Assembly (NCBI GenBank): GCA_951406725.2
Contig: OX597825.1
Coordinates: 5,704,001-5,768,000, forward strand
Source: Octopus vulgaris
Lineage: Eukaryota
Reading direction: 5' to 3'
DNA length: 64,000 nt
Numbering within the stretch: the stretch's first letter is position 1; each line of letters starts with the position of its first letter. A model generated the notes under the pieces. That model did no database searches, had not been told where the DNA came from, and worked only from the letters and a program-made list of their open reading frames with translations. Positions 28,116-40,613 of the stretch are shown in pieces. The position numbers and the translations under genes were made by a program.

Positions 28116-28421
28116 GTGTATACACATATATGTATGTATATATATATATGATTGCCAGCCGTCATTAATGGAACAGTAATCGCCGTTAAATCCTTGGATG
28201 TACAGCCCTCTTCGGCTGCTGCTGTGGCAGCTGGTACTACTACTACTACTACTACTACTATTACTACTACTACTTGTACTAGTACCACCATCACCACCAC
28301 TAATACCACCACCACAACCAATAACAACACTGCCACTACCACCGCCACTACTATTATTATTATTATTATTTTATTATCATTACCACTCCACCATCGTCAC
28401 TACCACCACCACCACCAGTAC

Positions 28422-28485
<64 letters not shown>

Positions 28486-29628
28486 ACCACCAACATTGCT
28501 ACAACTACTGTAATCACTACCATTACCATCATCACCACCCCCTCCATCATTAATGCTGTTACTACTACTACTACTACTACTACCACTACTACTGCTACTA
28601 CTACTACTACTAATACTACTACTGCTACTACTACTGCTACTACTGCCGCTACTACTACTACTACTACTTTGACCACCTCCCTTAGACACATACATATTTA
28701 GGTTACTGGGACATCAATGAATTGAAAATATAAGTGTAAGTGGAGGAGACGATATAGAGAGAGAGTGTGAGGAGGGAATAGGGAGAGATAGAGAGCAAGG
28801 AAAGAGGGAGGAAGCGATTGCAGGGAGAGAGAGAGAGAGAGAGAGAAAATTGAAAGGAAAGAGAGTGAGAGGGGATCTGTTGAAGAAGTGAAGCGAGAGA
28901 GAAAGAAGGAGAGAGAGAGGGAAAGAGAGAGAGACAGAGTGTGTGTGTGTGTGTGTGTGTGGATCGAAAGGGAATATGTAGAAAAGGTGGGAATGGGAGA
29001 GTAAGTGGAGAATAGGGAGACGGAGAACGCGGAGGTGATGGTGGTGGGGGAGGTTCAGAATGAGAGGAGAGAGAGAGGGAGAGAGGAAGGGGGAATAATG
29101 AGTGGGGTGGGTAAAAATAATGAACGAGATAGAGAGGGAGGAGAGACAGAAAGACAAAGAGAGAGAGAGGGAGTGAGAGGGGGGTATTCTAATGTAAAAA
29201 ATGTAAAGGTAAAAGATGGGGGAGGAAATAAATTTGATATAATGAATAAAGGGACGGGGGTGGGAGATGATTAATGTAATTAATGCAGGGAAATAATGAA
29301 AACAAACAGAAAGGGGAGGAGAGTGTTTTTGTTTAGCAACCGCCGGAAGGTGTCGTTATGTACTTGAAACGAAGGTTTTAGGCGAAATGTTAGTTTTGTG
29401 AGGATCTTTTTTTCTTTTTGTTTTTTCTTATTTTTTTGTTTTTGTTTTTTTTTTTTGCTTATGGGAGGATTTGAACCTGGATTTGCTTGGTAATGGTGAT
29501 AACTGGTTTATACAACCACATGACCTACTAACGATTAATAGACAAGCTGAGCCCGCGAAAAGTATTCGTTGATGAACCGATTGTTTGTTTGATTAGGAAA
29601 TATTGAACTCAATACAATTGTTAGCCAA

Positions 29629-30402
29629 GGCGGTGAGCTGGCAGAATCGTTAGCACGCCGGGCGAAATGCTTAGTGGTATTTCGTCTGCCATTATGTTCT
29701 GAGTTCAAATTCCACCGAGGTCGACTTTGCCTTTCATTCTTTCGTGGTCAATAAATTAAAATACCAGTTAAGCACTGGGGTCGATATAATCGACTTAATG
29801 CCTATGTCTGTCCATGTTTGTCTCCTCTATGTTTAGCCCCTTGTGGGTAATAAAGAAATAGGTATTTCGTCTGCCGTTACGTTCTGAGTTCAAATTCCGC
29901 CGAGGTCGACTTTGCCTTTCATCCTTTCGTGGTCGATAAATTAGGTAACAGTTACGCACTGGGGTCGATGTAATCGACTTAATCCGTTTCTCTGTCCTTG
30001 CTTGTCCCCTCTGTGCTTAGCCCCTTGTGGGTAGTAAAGAAATAATTATTTCGTCTGCCGCTACGTTCTGTGTTCAAATTCCGACGAGGTCGACTTTGCC
30101 TTTCATCCTTTCGGGGTCGATAAATAAAGTACCAGTTGCGTACTAGGGACGGTCTAATCGGCTGCCCCCCCCCCTCACCAAAATTTGGGGCCTTGTGCCT
30201 AGAGGAGAAAATAATATTTAAAGGCGGCGAGCTGGCAGAATCGTTAGCACGCCGGGCATCTTGAGTTCAAACACCGCCGAAGTCTACTTTACAATTCATC
30301 TCTTCGGAGTCGATAAAGTACCAGTTGCGTACTGGAGCCGATCTAATCGACTTACCCCCACCCACGAATTTGCTGGCCTTGTGTCAAGATTTGAAACTGG
30401 TA
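29629..30402 (+). mobile_element. SINE family A trimer (29629-30212) plus a further copy (30222-30402)
   Basis: One head followed by three bodies joined at AAAGAAATA|GGTATTTCGTCTGCC (the second join reads AAAGAAATA|ATTATTTCGTCTGCC). Confidence 0.9.
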
Positions 30403-30759
30403 TTAGCTGATTACTTTGATCTTATTAAATATTATCAAACCGTTTAATTCGTATAACTTTCAAAGCCTTTTGCTCCCCTTGGAGCCTAAGCCATCGATGA
30501 TTTTCCTACTCTGTTCTCTAGGTTTGCTTTCTGCTTCTTTTCAATTGGATCCTTGTTTGTTGTTGTTGTTGCTGTTTTGTTTTTTGGAAATTCTTTCAGC
30601 TCTGCTTCAATATCCTGCCTCCAACTATTCCTTTCGGATACTGCTGAACTACGACATCTGTTTTCCTGAGGGAAGACCTTCCACCCCCAGATCTTGTCAG
30701 TTGTGAATTGTCATCAAAAGATTTGCTTTTGTAACTTCGCTTCTTTTTTTTTTTCTTTC

Positions 30760-30960
30760 TAGGTAGAGGTGTTGGTCCTACGCAAACCTACTTTATACCT
30801 CTGAAAAAAAAGTGACCTCAAATCTGACCTGACCTCTAACCTTCGACTTGTCCAGCACGGGAGATCCTACCAAGAGCTTGTACTCTGCTGGTATAACTCT
30901 CAGGGTTATTAAGGGACGCAAGCCACCGCAGTGTCATAAGGACTGGGCCCTGAGAAGGTT
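30760..30960 (-). mobile_element. Probable RTE-type LINE 5' UTR remnant
   Basis: CCTTCGACTTGTCCAGCACGGGAGATCCTACCAAGAGC..CTCTCAGGGTTATT..GCAAGCC resembles, from memory, the reverse complement of RTE 5' ends. Confidence 0.4.
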
Positions 30961-31033
30961 AATTTGAATATAATTGCATAATTGTAATACAATGCGTCAA
31001 TTGGTGTTGATTGATATACAGTTGTTTAATTAG

Positions 31034-32030
31034 TTTGTCAAATGACATGTAGTTGTTTATTTAATTAGCATAAATTTGTCAATTGACATGCAGTTGTTTA
31101 ATTGGTATAAATTTGTCAATTGACATGCAGTTGTTTATTTAATTAGCATAAGTTTGTCAATTGACATGCAGTTGTTTAATTGGTATAAATTTGTCAATTG
31201 ACATGCAGTTGTTTATTTAATTAGCATAAGTTTGTCAATTGACATGCAGTTGTTTAATTGGTATAAATTTGTCAATTGACATGCAGTTGTTTAATTGGTA
31301 TAAATTTGTCAATTGACATGCAGTTGTTTATTTAATTAGCATAAGTTTGTCAATTGACATGCAGTTGTTTAATTGGTATAAATTTGTCAATTGACATGCA
31401 GTTGTTTAATTGGTATAAATTTGTCAATTGACATGCAGTTGTTTATTTAATTAGCATAAATTTGTCAATTGACATGCAGTTGTTTAATTGGTATAAATTT
31501 GTCAATTGACATGCAGTTGTTTAATTGGTATAAATTTGTCAATTGACATGCAGTTGTTTATTTAATTAGCATAAATTTGTCAATTGACATGCAGTTGTTT
31601 AATTGGTATAAATTTGTCAATTGACATGCAGTTGTTTATTTAATTAGCATAAGTTTGTCAATTGACATGCAGTTGTTTAATTGGTATAAATTTGTCAATT
31701 GACATGCAGTTGTTTAATTGGTATAAATTTGTCAATTGACATGCAGTTGTTTATTTAATTAGCATAAGTTTGTCAATTGACATGCAGTTGTTTAATTGGT
31801 ATAAATTTGTCAATTGACATGCAGTTGTTTAATTGGTATAAATTTGTCAATTGACATGCAGTTGTTTATTTAATTAGCATAAGTTTGTCAATTGACATGC
31901 AGTTGTTTAATTGGTATAAATTTGTCAATTGACATGCAGTTGTTTAATTGGTATAAATTTGTCAATTGACATGCGGTTGTTTATTTAATTAGCATAAGTT
32001 TGTCAATTGACATGCAGTTATTTAATTGGT
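31034..32030. repeat. Tandem array of 37-bp (A) and 41-bp (B) units, about 26 copies
   Basis: Shared TTTGTCAATTGACATGCAGTTGTTTA followed by ATTGGTATAAA (A) or TTTAATTAGCATAAR (B), mostly in AAB order. Confidence 0.95.
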
Positions 32031-32403
32031 ATGTAATTTATTTCATATACAGTTTGGTATGTAGAATACAGTGTGTTACTTGGTATATAGTTTTTAACTG
32101 ATATACAATTTGTTTATTGGTATGCAGTCGTATAACTGGTATGCAAGTAGTGCAATTAGTATGCACAATGTGATAGCTGGGACACCTTTTCTTAATATGC
32201 ATATAATTTGCGAAAGGGTATATAGTCTGTTAATCAGGGAAGAGTATATAACGTAGTACATGGTCGTTTAATTAACATATACTTTGTTAATGATGTATAG
32301 TTGCTAATTAGTTTACCGTGTGATAATTGGTGTGTACAATTATTCAACTGGGACATACAGTCGTTTGATCGGTGGACTGGGAGATGATTTACATATGTGT
32401 GAA

Positions 32404-32715
32404 CAGTGGCGGACTGGGTCTAAAAATATTGGTTGCCAGGAGACTAAGGGGGCCCAACCGCAACTACAAGGCTATCATTTTTTAAATTTTTATTTACTTA
32501 TTTATTTATTTTTGTTAAAAGTATTCTTTTCAACTTGTCTACAAACACAGCCAGGCTGAAATGATTAATGCATTCTTCTAGGAATGAATAAAATATTTTC
32601 AAACTTGAGGGAATGGGCCCCTTAGATACTAACATGGGATCCCATATATGGATTCTAATGGCGCAGGGGCCTACTTGCCATCGGGCGGGCTGGCAACCTG
32701 GCCAGTCCGCCACTG
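32404..32715. mobile_element. hAT-like MITE (312 bp)
   Basis: Perfect 14-bp TIRs CAGTGGCGGACTGG / CCAGTCCGCCACTG. The flanking 8-mers TGTGTGAA and TCTGTGAG match at 6 of 8 positions. Confidence 0.75.
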
Positions 32716-32825
32716 TCTGTGAGGGTTGCATGAAGAAAGAAAAAGAAAAGAGATGAAGCTTGCTAATCGATATACACCGTATTGATTAGAGTACAGTGTG
32801 TTAATCGATATACAGTGTGACTGAA

Positions 32826-33270
32826 GGCGGCGAGTGGGTAGAATCTTAAGCACGCCGGGCAAAATGCTTAGCGGCATTTCGTCCGTCTTTACGTTCTGAG
32901 TTCAAATTCCGCCGAGGTCCATTTTGCTTTTCATCCTTTCGGGGTCAATAAAATAAGGACTAGTTGATTACTGTGATCGAAATAATCGACTCACCCACTG
33001 CCCCAAAATTGCTGGCCTTGTGCCAAAATGTGCAAACATTATTATTCGAGCTGGCAGAATCGTTAGAGCATCGAGCAAAATATTTAGCGCAGTTTCTCTC
33101 AACTTTTTACGTTTTGAACTCAAATCTTGCCGAGGTCAACTTTACCGTTTATCTTTTCGGTTGGTGGGCGATAAAATGGAATGCCAGTCAAGTGCTGATT
33201 CCAATGTAGTTAATAACCCTCTTCCCTCTAAAAAAATATCTTCCTGGTCTTGTACCAGAATTTAAAACTA
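32826..33270 (+). mobile_element. Two SINE family A copies
   Basis: Heads at 32826 and ~33048, each followed by a core. Confidence 0.8.
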
Positions 33271-33357
33271 TCAATATGGATATAATTATCCTGTTTGATT
33301 TTCTCGACAGCACAAGATCATTGTTTATTTGTTTTAGGCAGAGTTAATTGACTGGAG

Positions 33358-33675
33358 TGGAGGCGCAATGGCCCACTGGTTAGGGCAGCGGACTCGCGGT
33401 CGGAGGATCGCGGTTTCGATTCCCAGACCGGGTGTTGTGTGTGTTTATTGAGCGAAAACACCTAAAGCTCCACGAAGCTCCGGCAAGGGATGGTAGCGAC
33501 CCCTGTTGTACTCCTTCGCCCCAACTTTCTCTCGCTCTTTCTTCCTGCTTCTTGAGTAACGCTGCGATGGACTGGCGTCCCATCCAGCTGGAGGGTAACA
33601 CAATACGCAATAGAAACCGGGAAACTTGGCCCTTGAGCCTGGTTAGGCTTGAAAAGGGCGCATAATAAATAAATA
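33358..33675 (+). mobile_element. tRNA-derived SINE family D; other copies at 25077-25385, 39007-39200 and 42192-42540
   Basis: Head GGAGGCGCAATGGCCCACTGGTTAGGGCAGCGGACTCGCGG..GGTTTCGATTCCCAGACCGG and body GAGCGAAAACACCTAAAGCTCCACGA. Confidence 0.8.
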
Positions 33676-34299
33676 AATTGACTGGGCCCTTTAGTTTGAG
33701 AGAAGGACGAAAAGCCAGGTCGACAGTGTGATCGCACAATTGAATCTCGTCATCGTTGAAACAGACTGAGATCCATTCGCATCATCGTGTCTGCGTGACA
33801 TGTAAGTAAAACAAAGAACATGGTTCAATATCCTCAGTCGTCTATTGCTGCCGCTGTTGTTGCTGCTACCTATGTAGACATGCTTTTACCTGCTGATAGG
33901 TAAACGGAAGCAGAAGATGGTTTACCATTTCTCGAGGACATTGTGCTGCGTCTTCGAGCTGCCGACTGTTTCGAAGACTGAATGAATTTTATGTATTTTC
34001 TTTGAAACACGAGTCGAATCTTTGAAACGCAGCCGTCGCAGCTAACTGCGCCCATAAAACATTTCCCGTTAAAGCAACGTAATTAGACTTTCTCAGTCTA
34101 TATACAGCATACCACTTAAAAAGTTGCATACATACAAAGTAGCACAAAGAATATTAATTAACGTACTGTATACCAATTAAACAATTGTATACAGAGTGAC
34201 TAATTAATATTCTGTATTCCCATTAACTAATTAACTTTCTATATACCCATTAACACACTATATACCAGTTGACAAACGATATGCCAATTAAACAAGCAT

Positions 34300-35001
34300 A
34301 CCTATTTCTTTATTACCCACAAGGGGCTAAACACAGTGGGGACAAACAAGGACATACATAGGTATTAAGTCGATTACATCGACCCCAGTGCGTAGCTGGT
34401 GCTTAATTTATCGACCCCGAAAGGATGAAAGGCAAAGTCGACCTCGGCGGAATTTGAACTCACAACGTAACGGCAGACGAAATACCGCTAAGCATTTCGC
34501 CCGGCGTGCTAACGTTTCTGCCAGCTCGCCGCCTTTTAAACAAGCATACCTATTAACAACTATATACCATTAATGAATGATATACCAGTTAAGCAACTGT
34601 AGATGAATTAATACTGTGTATGCCAATTAATTAGCAATTAAGAGACTGTGCCGCGCTTAGCGAATTGTATACCAGTTATCACGCCGTTTTTGTGCCAATT
34701 AAGAAACTATATACCATTTAAACAGGTATATAATGATTAACAAACTACGTACTAATTAACTTTAAACCATTTAACGACTGTATACCCATCAACATATTTA
34801 TTTCTTTATTACCCACAGGCGGCTAAACATAGAGAGGATAAACAAGGACATCGACCTCAGTGCGTAACTGGTACTTAATTTATCGGCCCCGAAAGGATGA
34901 AAGAACAGTCGACCTCGGCGGAATTCGAACTCAGAACGTAACGGCAGACGAAATGCCGCTAAGCATTTCGCCCGGCGTGCTGTTTCTGCCAGCTCGCTGT
35001 C
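34300..35001 (-). mobile_element. Two SINE family A copies (34300-34533 and 34797-35001)
   Basis: The first copy is flanked by a 19-bp direct repeat TTAAACAAGCATACCTATT (34288-34306 and 34536-34554). Confidence 0.85.
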
Positions 35002-35679
35002 CTCAACATATTGTATACCAACATATTATATACCAACTAATGCAATATCTACAATATGTCTATAAATAATCTTTACAATTTGAAGTATGGAAATGTGAAT
35101 GCTGCAAAGTTAATTTATGGACACTACTTTTTTTTTCTGTCTTCTGTTTCAGAACCATTCCCAGAGGTCCTTAACTTAATATTCTACTCATCTTACCCGA
35201 GCAATCACTAAGTCATTCTCTCCACGTATTCCCCCTTTCTTTTTCGTTACTACCTTTCTCTCTCACTTTACTCCTACTTCTCCTCTCTCTCCCTCTCCCT
35301 CTTCCTACCCTGTTTTGCCAGGGTACGTGCAATGTTCCACCCCTGCCTGCAATATCATTGTATGTGTGCCACTTAAGTAAACCACGAGGAGAGTTCAATG
35401 AACTTTGGCTTCCGTTGTTGCTGTTGTTGCTGAAGTCGGTGCTGTTACTTTTAGCGAATATCTAGACGCACGTTCACCTGCTGCCAGGCAAAGGAAACGG
35501 TTTACTTACTTTTGGTGGGAATTGTATTGTCTTCGAGCTGCTGACTGTTTCAAAGTCTGAATGAATATTATTTCTTTTCTTTGAAACACGAGTCAAATAT
35601 TTGAATCGCATCAGACAGAGCCAACTTCTCGCCAAACATCAAGGTTATCACAGGTAGAAAACCTTCACAAACGACATAG

Positions 35680-35734
<55 letters not shown>

Positions 35735-35744
35735 ATCAACTGTC

Positions 35745-36332
35745 TACAAAGTAACGTACCTCAACTTACGTCGGTTACTGGTTCCAAAACATACGACTTA
35801 ACTCGAAAAACGACGTAACATGAAAAAATGCAAGAAATTTCTTAGCCCATTTCTGTTTTAATAAATGGCTTCTACTTAGGCGGCGAGCTGGCAGAAACGT
35901 TATCACCCCGGGAGAAATGCTTAGCGGTATTTCGTCTGCCGTTACGTTCTGAGTTCAAATTCCGCCGAGGTCGACTTTGCCTTTCATCCTTTCGGGGTCG
36001 ATAGATTAAGTACCAGTTACGCACTGGGGTCGATGTAATCGACTTAATACCTATGTCTGTCCTTGTTTGTCTCATCTATGTTTAGCCCCTTGTGGGTAAT
36101 AAAGAAATAGGTATTTCGTCTGTCTTTACGTTCTGAGTTCAAATTCCGCCGAGGTCAACTTTGCCTTTCATCTTTTCGGGGTCTATAAATTTCATTATGT
36201 TCGTTGAGACTGGCGTAAAGTCAGATAAATGGACGGAAATTAAGGTTTAATTTTTTCGTTAATTTCTTTAAAATAACAACGTCAAGTTGAAAAAGTTATA
36301 ACTCGAAACGACATAAGTTGAGGTATGCTTGT
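35745..36332. mobile_element. pogo/Tigger-like MITE interrupted by a SINE
   Basis: Inverted ends TACCTCAACTTACGTCG (35757-35773) and CGACATAAGTTGAGGTA (36309-36325). A SINE is nested at 35879-36190. Confidence 0.6.
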
Positions 36333-36617
36333 ATATGGAAATGTCTTAAGTCTAAATGTAAGAATGTCTCAGTTATTAATGAGGGAATATTATTTATCTA
36401 AGATGACTAGCTGTCAGAATCGTTAGCACGCCGGACAAAATGCTTGGCGGCGTTTCATCCATTTTAACGTTTTGAATTTAAATTCCGCCGAGGTCGGCTT
36501 TGCCTTTCATCCTTTCGAGATCGATAAAAGATGTACCAGCTGAGCACTGGGGTCGACGTAATCGATTTACCCTCTGCCCCCGAACATACTGGTCTTATAC
36601 CAAGATTTGAAACCAAT
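35879..36617 (+). mobile_element. SINE family A copies (35879-36190 dimer and 36400-36617)
   Basis: Head, core and tails as above. Further copies lie at 40143-40360 (+), 41305-41517 (-) and 62020-62150 (-). Confidence 0.85.
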
Positions 36618-36639
36618 ATTATTTGTTAATGTAGAGATG

Positions 36640-36800
36640 TGTCAGCATAGAATTCAAGAGCCAACGGTTTTTCATTTCTCTGCCCAGAAATCTACGAAGC
36701 GAAGATGTGGATGAGCTGAAAGGACTTTTCGACAAATTCTTATTTGAGATACGAGATGAACAACACATCATACCAAAAGTCGCAAATAGGAGCAGCTTTG
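36640..36800 (+). mobile_element. CR1/L2-like LINE C-terminal remnant
   Basis: Frame QRFFISLPRNLRSEDVDELKGLFDKFLFEIRDEQ resembles the FNxLP..FKxxLDxFL..PDEP end of CR1-group ORF2. Confidence 0.5.
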
Positions 36801-37149
36801 TCCAATTCACTCATTCACCGGAACTTATATCGGAGTGATGCCATGGAAGCCATATGAAATACGCTAGCAATCACATCAAAAGCGGTGCTCCAATATGGCC
36901 AAGGCCTCCTGATTGAAATAAGTAAAAGTAATGAGTAAAGGAATGTTTCGGCTATTTATATAGAAAAAAATGTTTCAATAATTAAAATGTGAAAATAACT
37001 CAGTTATAATTTAGAAAAAAATCTTTAATTAATGTGGTAATGTCTGAATTATTAACGTGAGGTGGTGCTCCAGCATGGCCGCAGTCAAATGACTGAAACA
37101 AGTAAAAGAGAGTAAAAAAGAGGGTAAAGAGAGTGAGACCGTCTCATAA

Positions 37150-37540
37150 TTATATGGAAGTCCTCTTTCCCTGACAACACGAAGAGGAGTTTCTTCAACA
37201 CAATCGCTGAATCAGTACTTTTCTATAGTTTTTCGGCATGAACACTGAAGAAGTGAGTTGAAACGTAGCTTGACTGTACATACAGGAAAATGCTTTGAGT
37301 AGTTCTTAATCTCTCTTGGCAGTAACACCCTGCAAAGCAGATACTTTATGAGGACAGTGTTCTAACCATAACCTCGGTAATCGAGAGGAAGAACTCGTTA
37401 CGCATGACATTGATGGAGGAGCGAGGATGAAACATCTTGCGATCTCTTTCTCCGGATACACACGCATGTACACATACAGGTATCGGCAGACCAAGAACAC
37501 ATATCCATCGACTTGTAGACGATACTGGATACCGATGCAA
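37150..37540 (+). mobile_element. RTE-clade LINE fragment with multiple stops
   Basis: IWKSSFPDNTKRSFFNTIAESVLFYSFSA*TL..LDCTYRKML*VVLNLSWQ matches the RTE pattern ESVLLYGxExWTL..LDGxYTRMLR..LNISW. Confidence 0.7.
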
Positions 37541-37632
37541 TAAGTGTGTGAATCTAAGAGCGAAATATATTGAATAAAATCATAATTACCTGACGATCGT
37601 GTATTTTCTTTTACTCTGAGCCAGGGAAAAAT

Positions 37633-37692
<60 letters not shown>

Positions 37693-40437
37693 AATATTCT
37701 ATAATTATAATTAGGGGTCAGCTAATTGCTTCGCCACGCACCGAATTTAGAAATAGGAGCTACAACTCCTTTTCTACTACCATAAGAATCTAATACACCT
37801 AATATACTAATACAGCTGTTTGTTTTCTACACCACCTTTCTTCCTCATTTGTTTCTTTTTCGTGAATTCTCTATATATTTATATATACATAAAGGATTTA
37901 TTATTCAGGCTCAAACCTTTCGTAGTTACAAAATTGAATCAATGAAAAGTTGTGATGTTTATTCCATTTCCAAGAGCAATACTAAGATAAATGCCTAAGA
38001 TTATTGAGAGACGAAACAAAGAAACGAAAGAATTCGAACAAATGAATTTTCTGAACAATTAACGACGGACAGAGTATCTCGTAGAACATTAATAGCAAGA
38101 GAAACCTTTTCAAGATGTTATATTTTTATAATCTTTGAGTCATTAGCATTTGTTCCAAAATAGATTAATTCAGACTTCGCTAATTATAACATCGGTCTTT
38201 CACATTCTTTCTTGTTATTCTTCTTCTATTTTTGTATTTTCATTCATGGTTGCCATAGATGATGTCTGCAGATTATTTTAATCTGGCCTTTTCTTAACCA
38301 TTTGGTAAATATTCAATTGAATCTGAGAACTTCTTAGTTCTCGAGATCTCTTGTGTTCTACAAGGGCGGGTAAGAACGATAAGTACTCTAGAATTGTTAT
38401 GAGGACAAAAGCTAAGTAAATCAACCATATTTAGCTTTTTTCTATAGAAATGCAACCTTTGTTTCAACTATTTTTTTTTTTAAATAATGGAGTATTTAAT
38501 AAAATAACTTTCTCATTATTAAGCTGTCGTTCGGAACAGAAATTAACATGAAATTTCGATGGAAAATTTTAAATTATCTCACTTTCATGGTTGGTGGAAT
38601 CGCGTGGCTTAGTGGTTAGGAGTGTTGGGCTCGTAATCACAAGATAGTGGTTTCGATTCCTGGACTGGGTGATGCATTGTGTTCTTGAGCAAAACACTTT
38701 CTTTCACATGACTCCAGTTCACTCATCTGGCAAAAATGAGTTATCCTGAGACGGACTGGCGTCCTATCCAGGTGGGGAATCTTTACACCATGGAAGCCAG
38801 GAAACCGACCTTATGAGTCTATGGCTCGAGAAGGAACTTTTTTTCTTTTTCATTTTTTTTAAGCAAGTTGAAACAAAAATAGTTGAAACAAAGGTTGTAT
38901 TTCTATAGAAAAAAGCTAAATATGGTTGATTTACTTAGCTTTTGTTCTCATAACAGAACAAGGGACGGTCTCAGGCAGTTTGATATCAAAAGATACAGCA
39001 GCCGGTGTGGAGGCGCACTGGTCCAGTTGTTAGGGCAGCGGACTCGCGGTTGTAAGAACACGGTTTCGATTCCCAAACCGGGCATTGTGAGTGTTTATTG
39101 AGCAAAAACACCTAAGCTCCACGAGGCTCCGGCGGGGTGGTGTGAACCCTGCTGTACTCTTTCACCACAACTTTCTCTCACTCTTTCTTTCTACTTCTGC
39201 CACAAAGCAGAGGAAACATGGTGTAACCCACTATGGTGTGGTAAACTTTCAGACCCTAGTCTAGATTGCGAATTCTCTGTACCCCAGGATGGTTCAGCTC
39301 TCCACTCGTTAAAAGCCACCGTTTACGGAATGAGGATAACAACGTAGCTTTCGCGCCCGTGCAACCGCCAGTCTATCGCGTGTGGTGGGTGGATTTTCAA
39401 GTAGCTTAGAGTAGGCTCGAATTAGAGATCATTCTTTGTGGCTAATGGCGTGAGTCCTGATTGGAAGAAGAAGAAGAAGAAGAAGAAGAAGAAGAAGAAG
39501 AAGAAGAAGAAGAAGAAGAAGAAGAAGAAGAAGAAGAAGAAGAAGAAGACAGCAGCAGCAGGTTATGAAAGGCTTTAGAATAAACCAAGACAATGATAAA
39601 GGAAACTTTTTCATTTCGCGTTTTTAGTATTTGGGTGTCTGCAATGAAGCCTTTCTTTGCTCGTAGCTCTTCACATTACTTCCTTTGATTATTTTGAATG
39701 ACAACATTTATTAAAATTGAGTTCATATGGACCAGTTTGATTGTCTGCAGATTATTAATTTTCCGTCAAACAACCCAGCAAGAATCCTCTTTTTTTCTAG
39801 TCACATCCTTAAGATTTGGATTGCAAGCGAATAAAATATTGACCAGTTACGCAGTAGCGAATGTCATCGTCTACCGTAGCCTAATTACGGTTTCGCTACG
39901 GGTACAGCAACTCTTACATCTAAAGAAAGATACGATCCACGAACTGTCCGATCGTTAGGAATGTGTTGGCATTCAAGATTCTCATCATTAAAATCTGTTG
40001 GCATTCAAGATTCTCATCGAAACAAAATATAGTCAATCAGATCGCAACCAGACTGTTAATCTTCTGAATATTTCAAATATCCTCCTCATAAATAATAAAC
40101 CACCAAAACTGTCTGCGATACGAATTTATCATCAAACATCTCAAAGCGACGAGATGGCTGAATTGTAAGCGCGTCGGACAAAATGCTCAACAGCATTTTC
40201 TTCCGGCTCTTTTACGTTCTGATTTTAAATTGTGCCGACGACGACTTCGCCTTTCATCCTTTCGGCGTCTATAAAATAAGTACCAGTTGTGTACTGGGGT
40301 CGATGTCGTCGACTTACAAGCTTCCTTATAATTGCTGATCTTGGGTCAAAATTTGAAACTATCATTAGACAACTCATAAGCAGAGGAGCAATATCAGTTT
40401 TTACTCCCTTTTATTCTTCAACCATTGTCAAATTATT

Positions 40438-40569
40438 TACATTTGACAGATATTTGTCCTCATCTTTTTGCTGTTAACACAACCTTTCGGCTGATACACT
40501 CTCCAGCCTTCATCAGGTGTCTTGGGGGAAATTTTGAACCTAGGTTCTCATTCCTAAGGTATTTTTCGA

Positions 40570-40613
<44 letters not shown>

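Noticed and set aside
31034-32030. CRISPR-like appearance (palindromic repeat at 37-41 bp period)
   Set aside because: There are only two recurring spacer types, no unique spacers and no cas genes, and the context is animal DNA.
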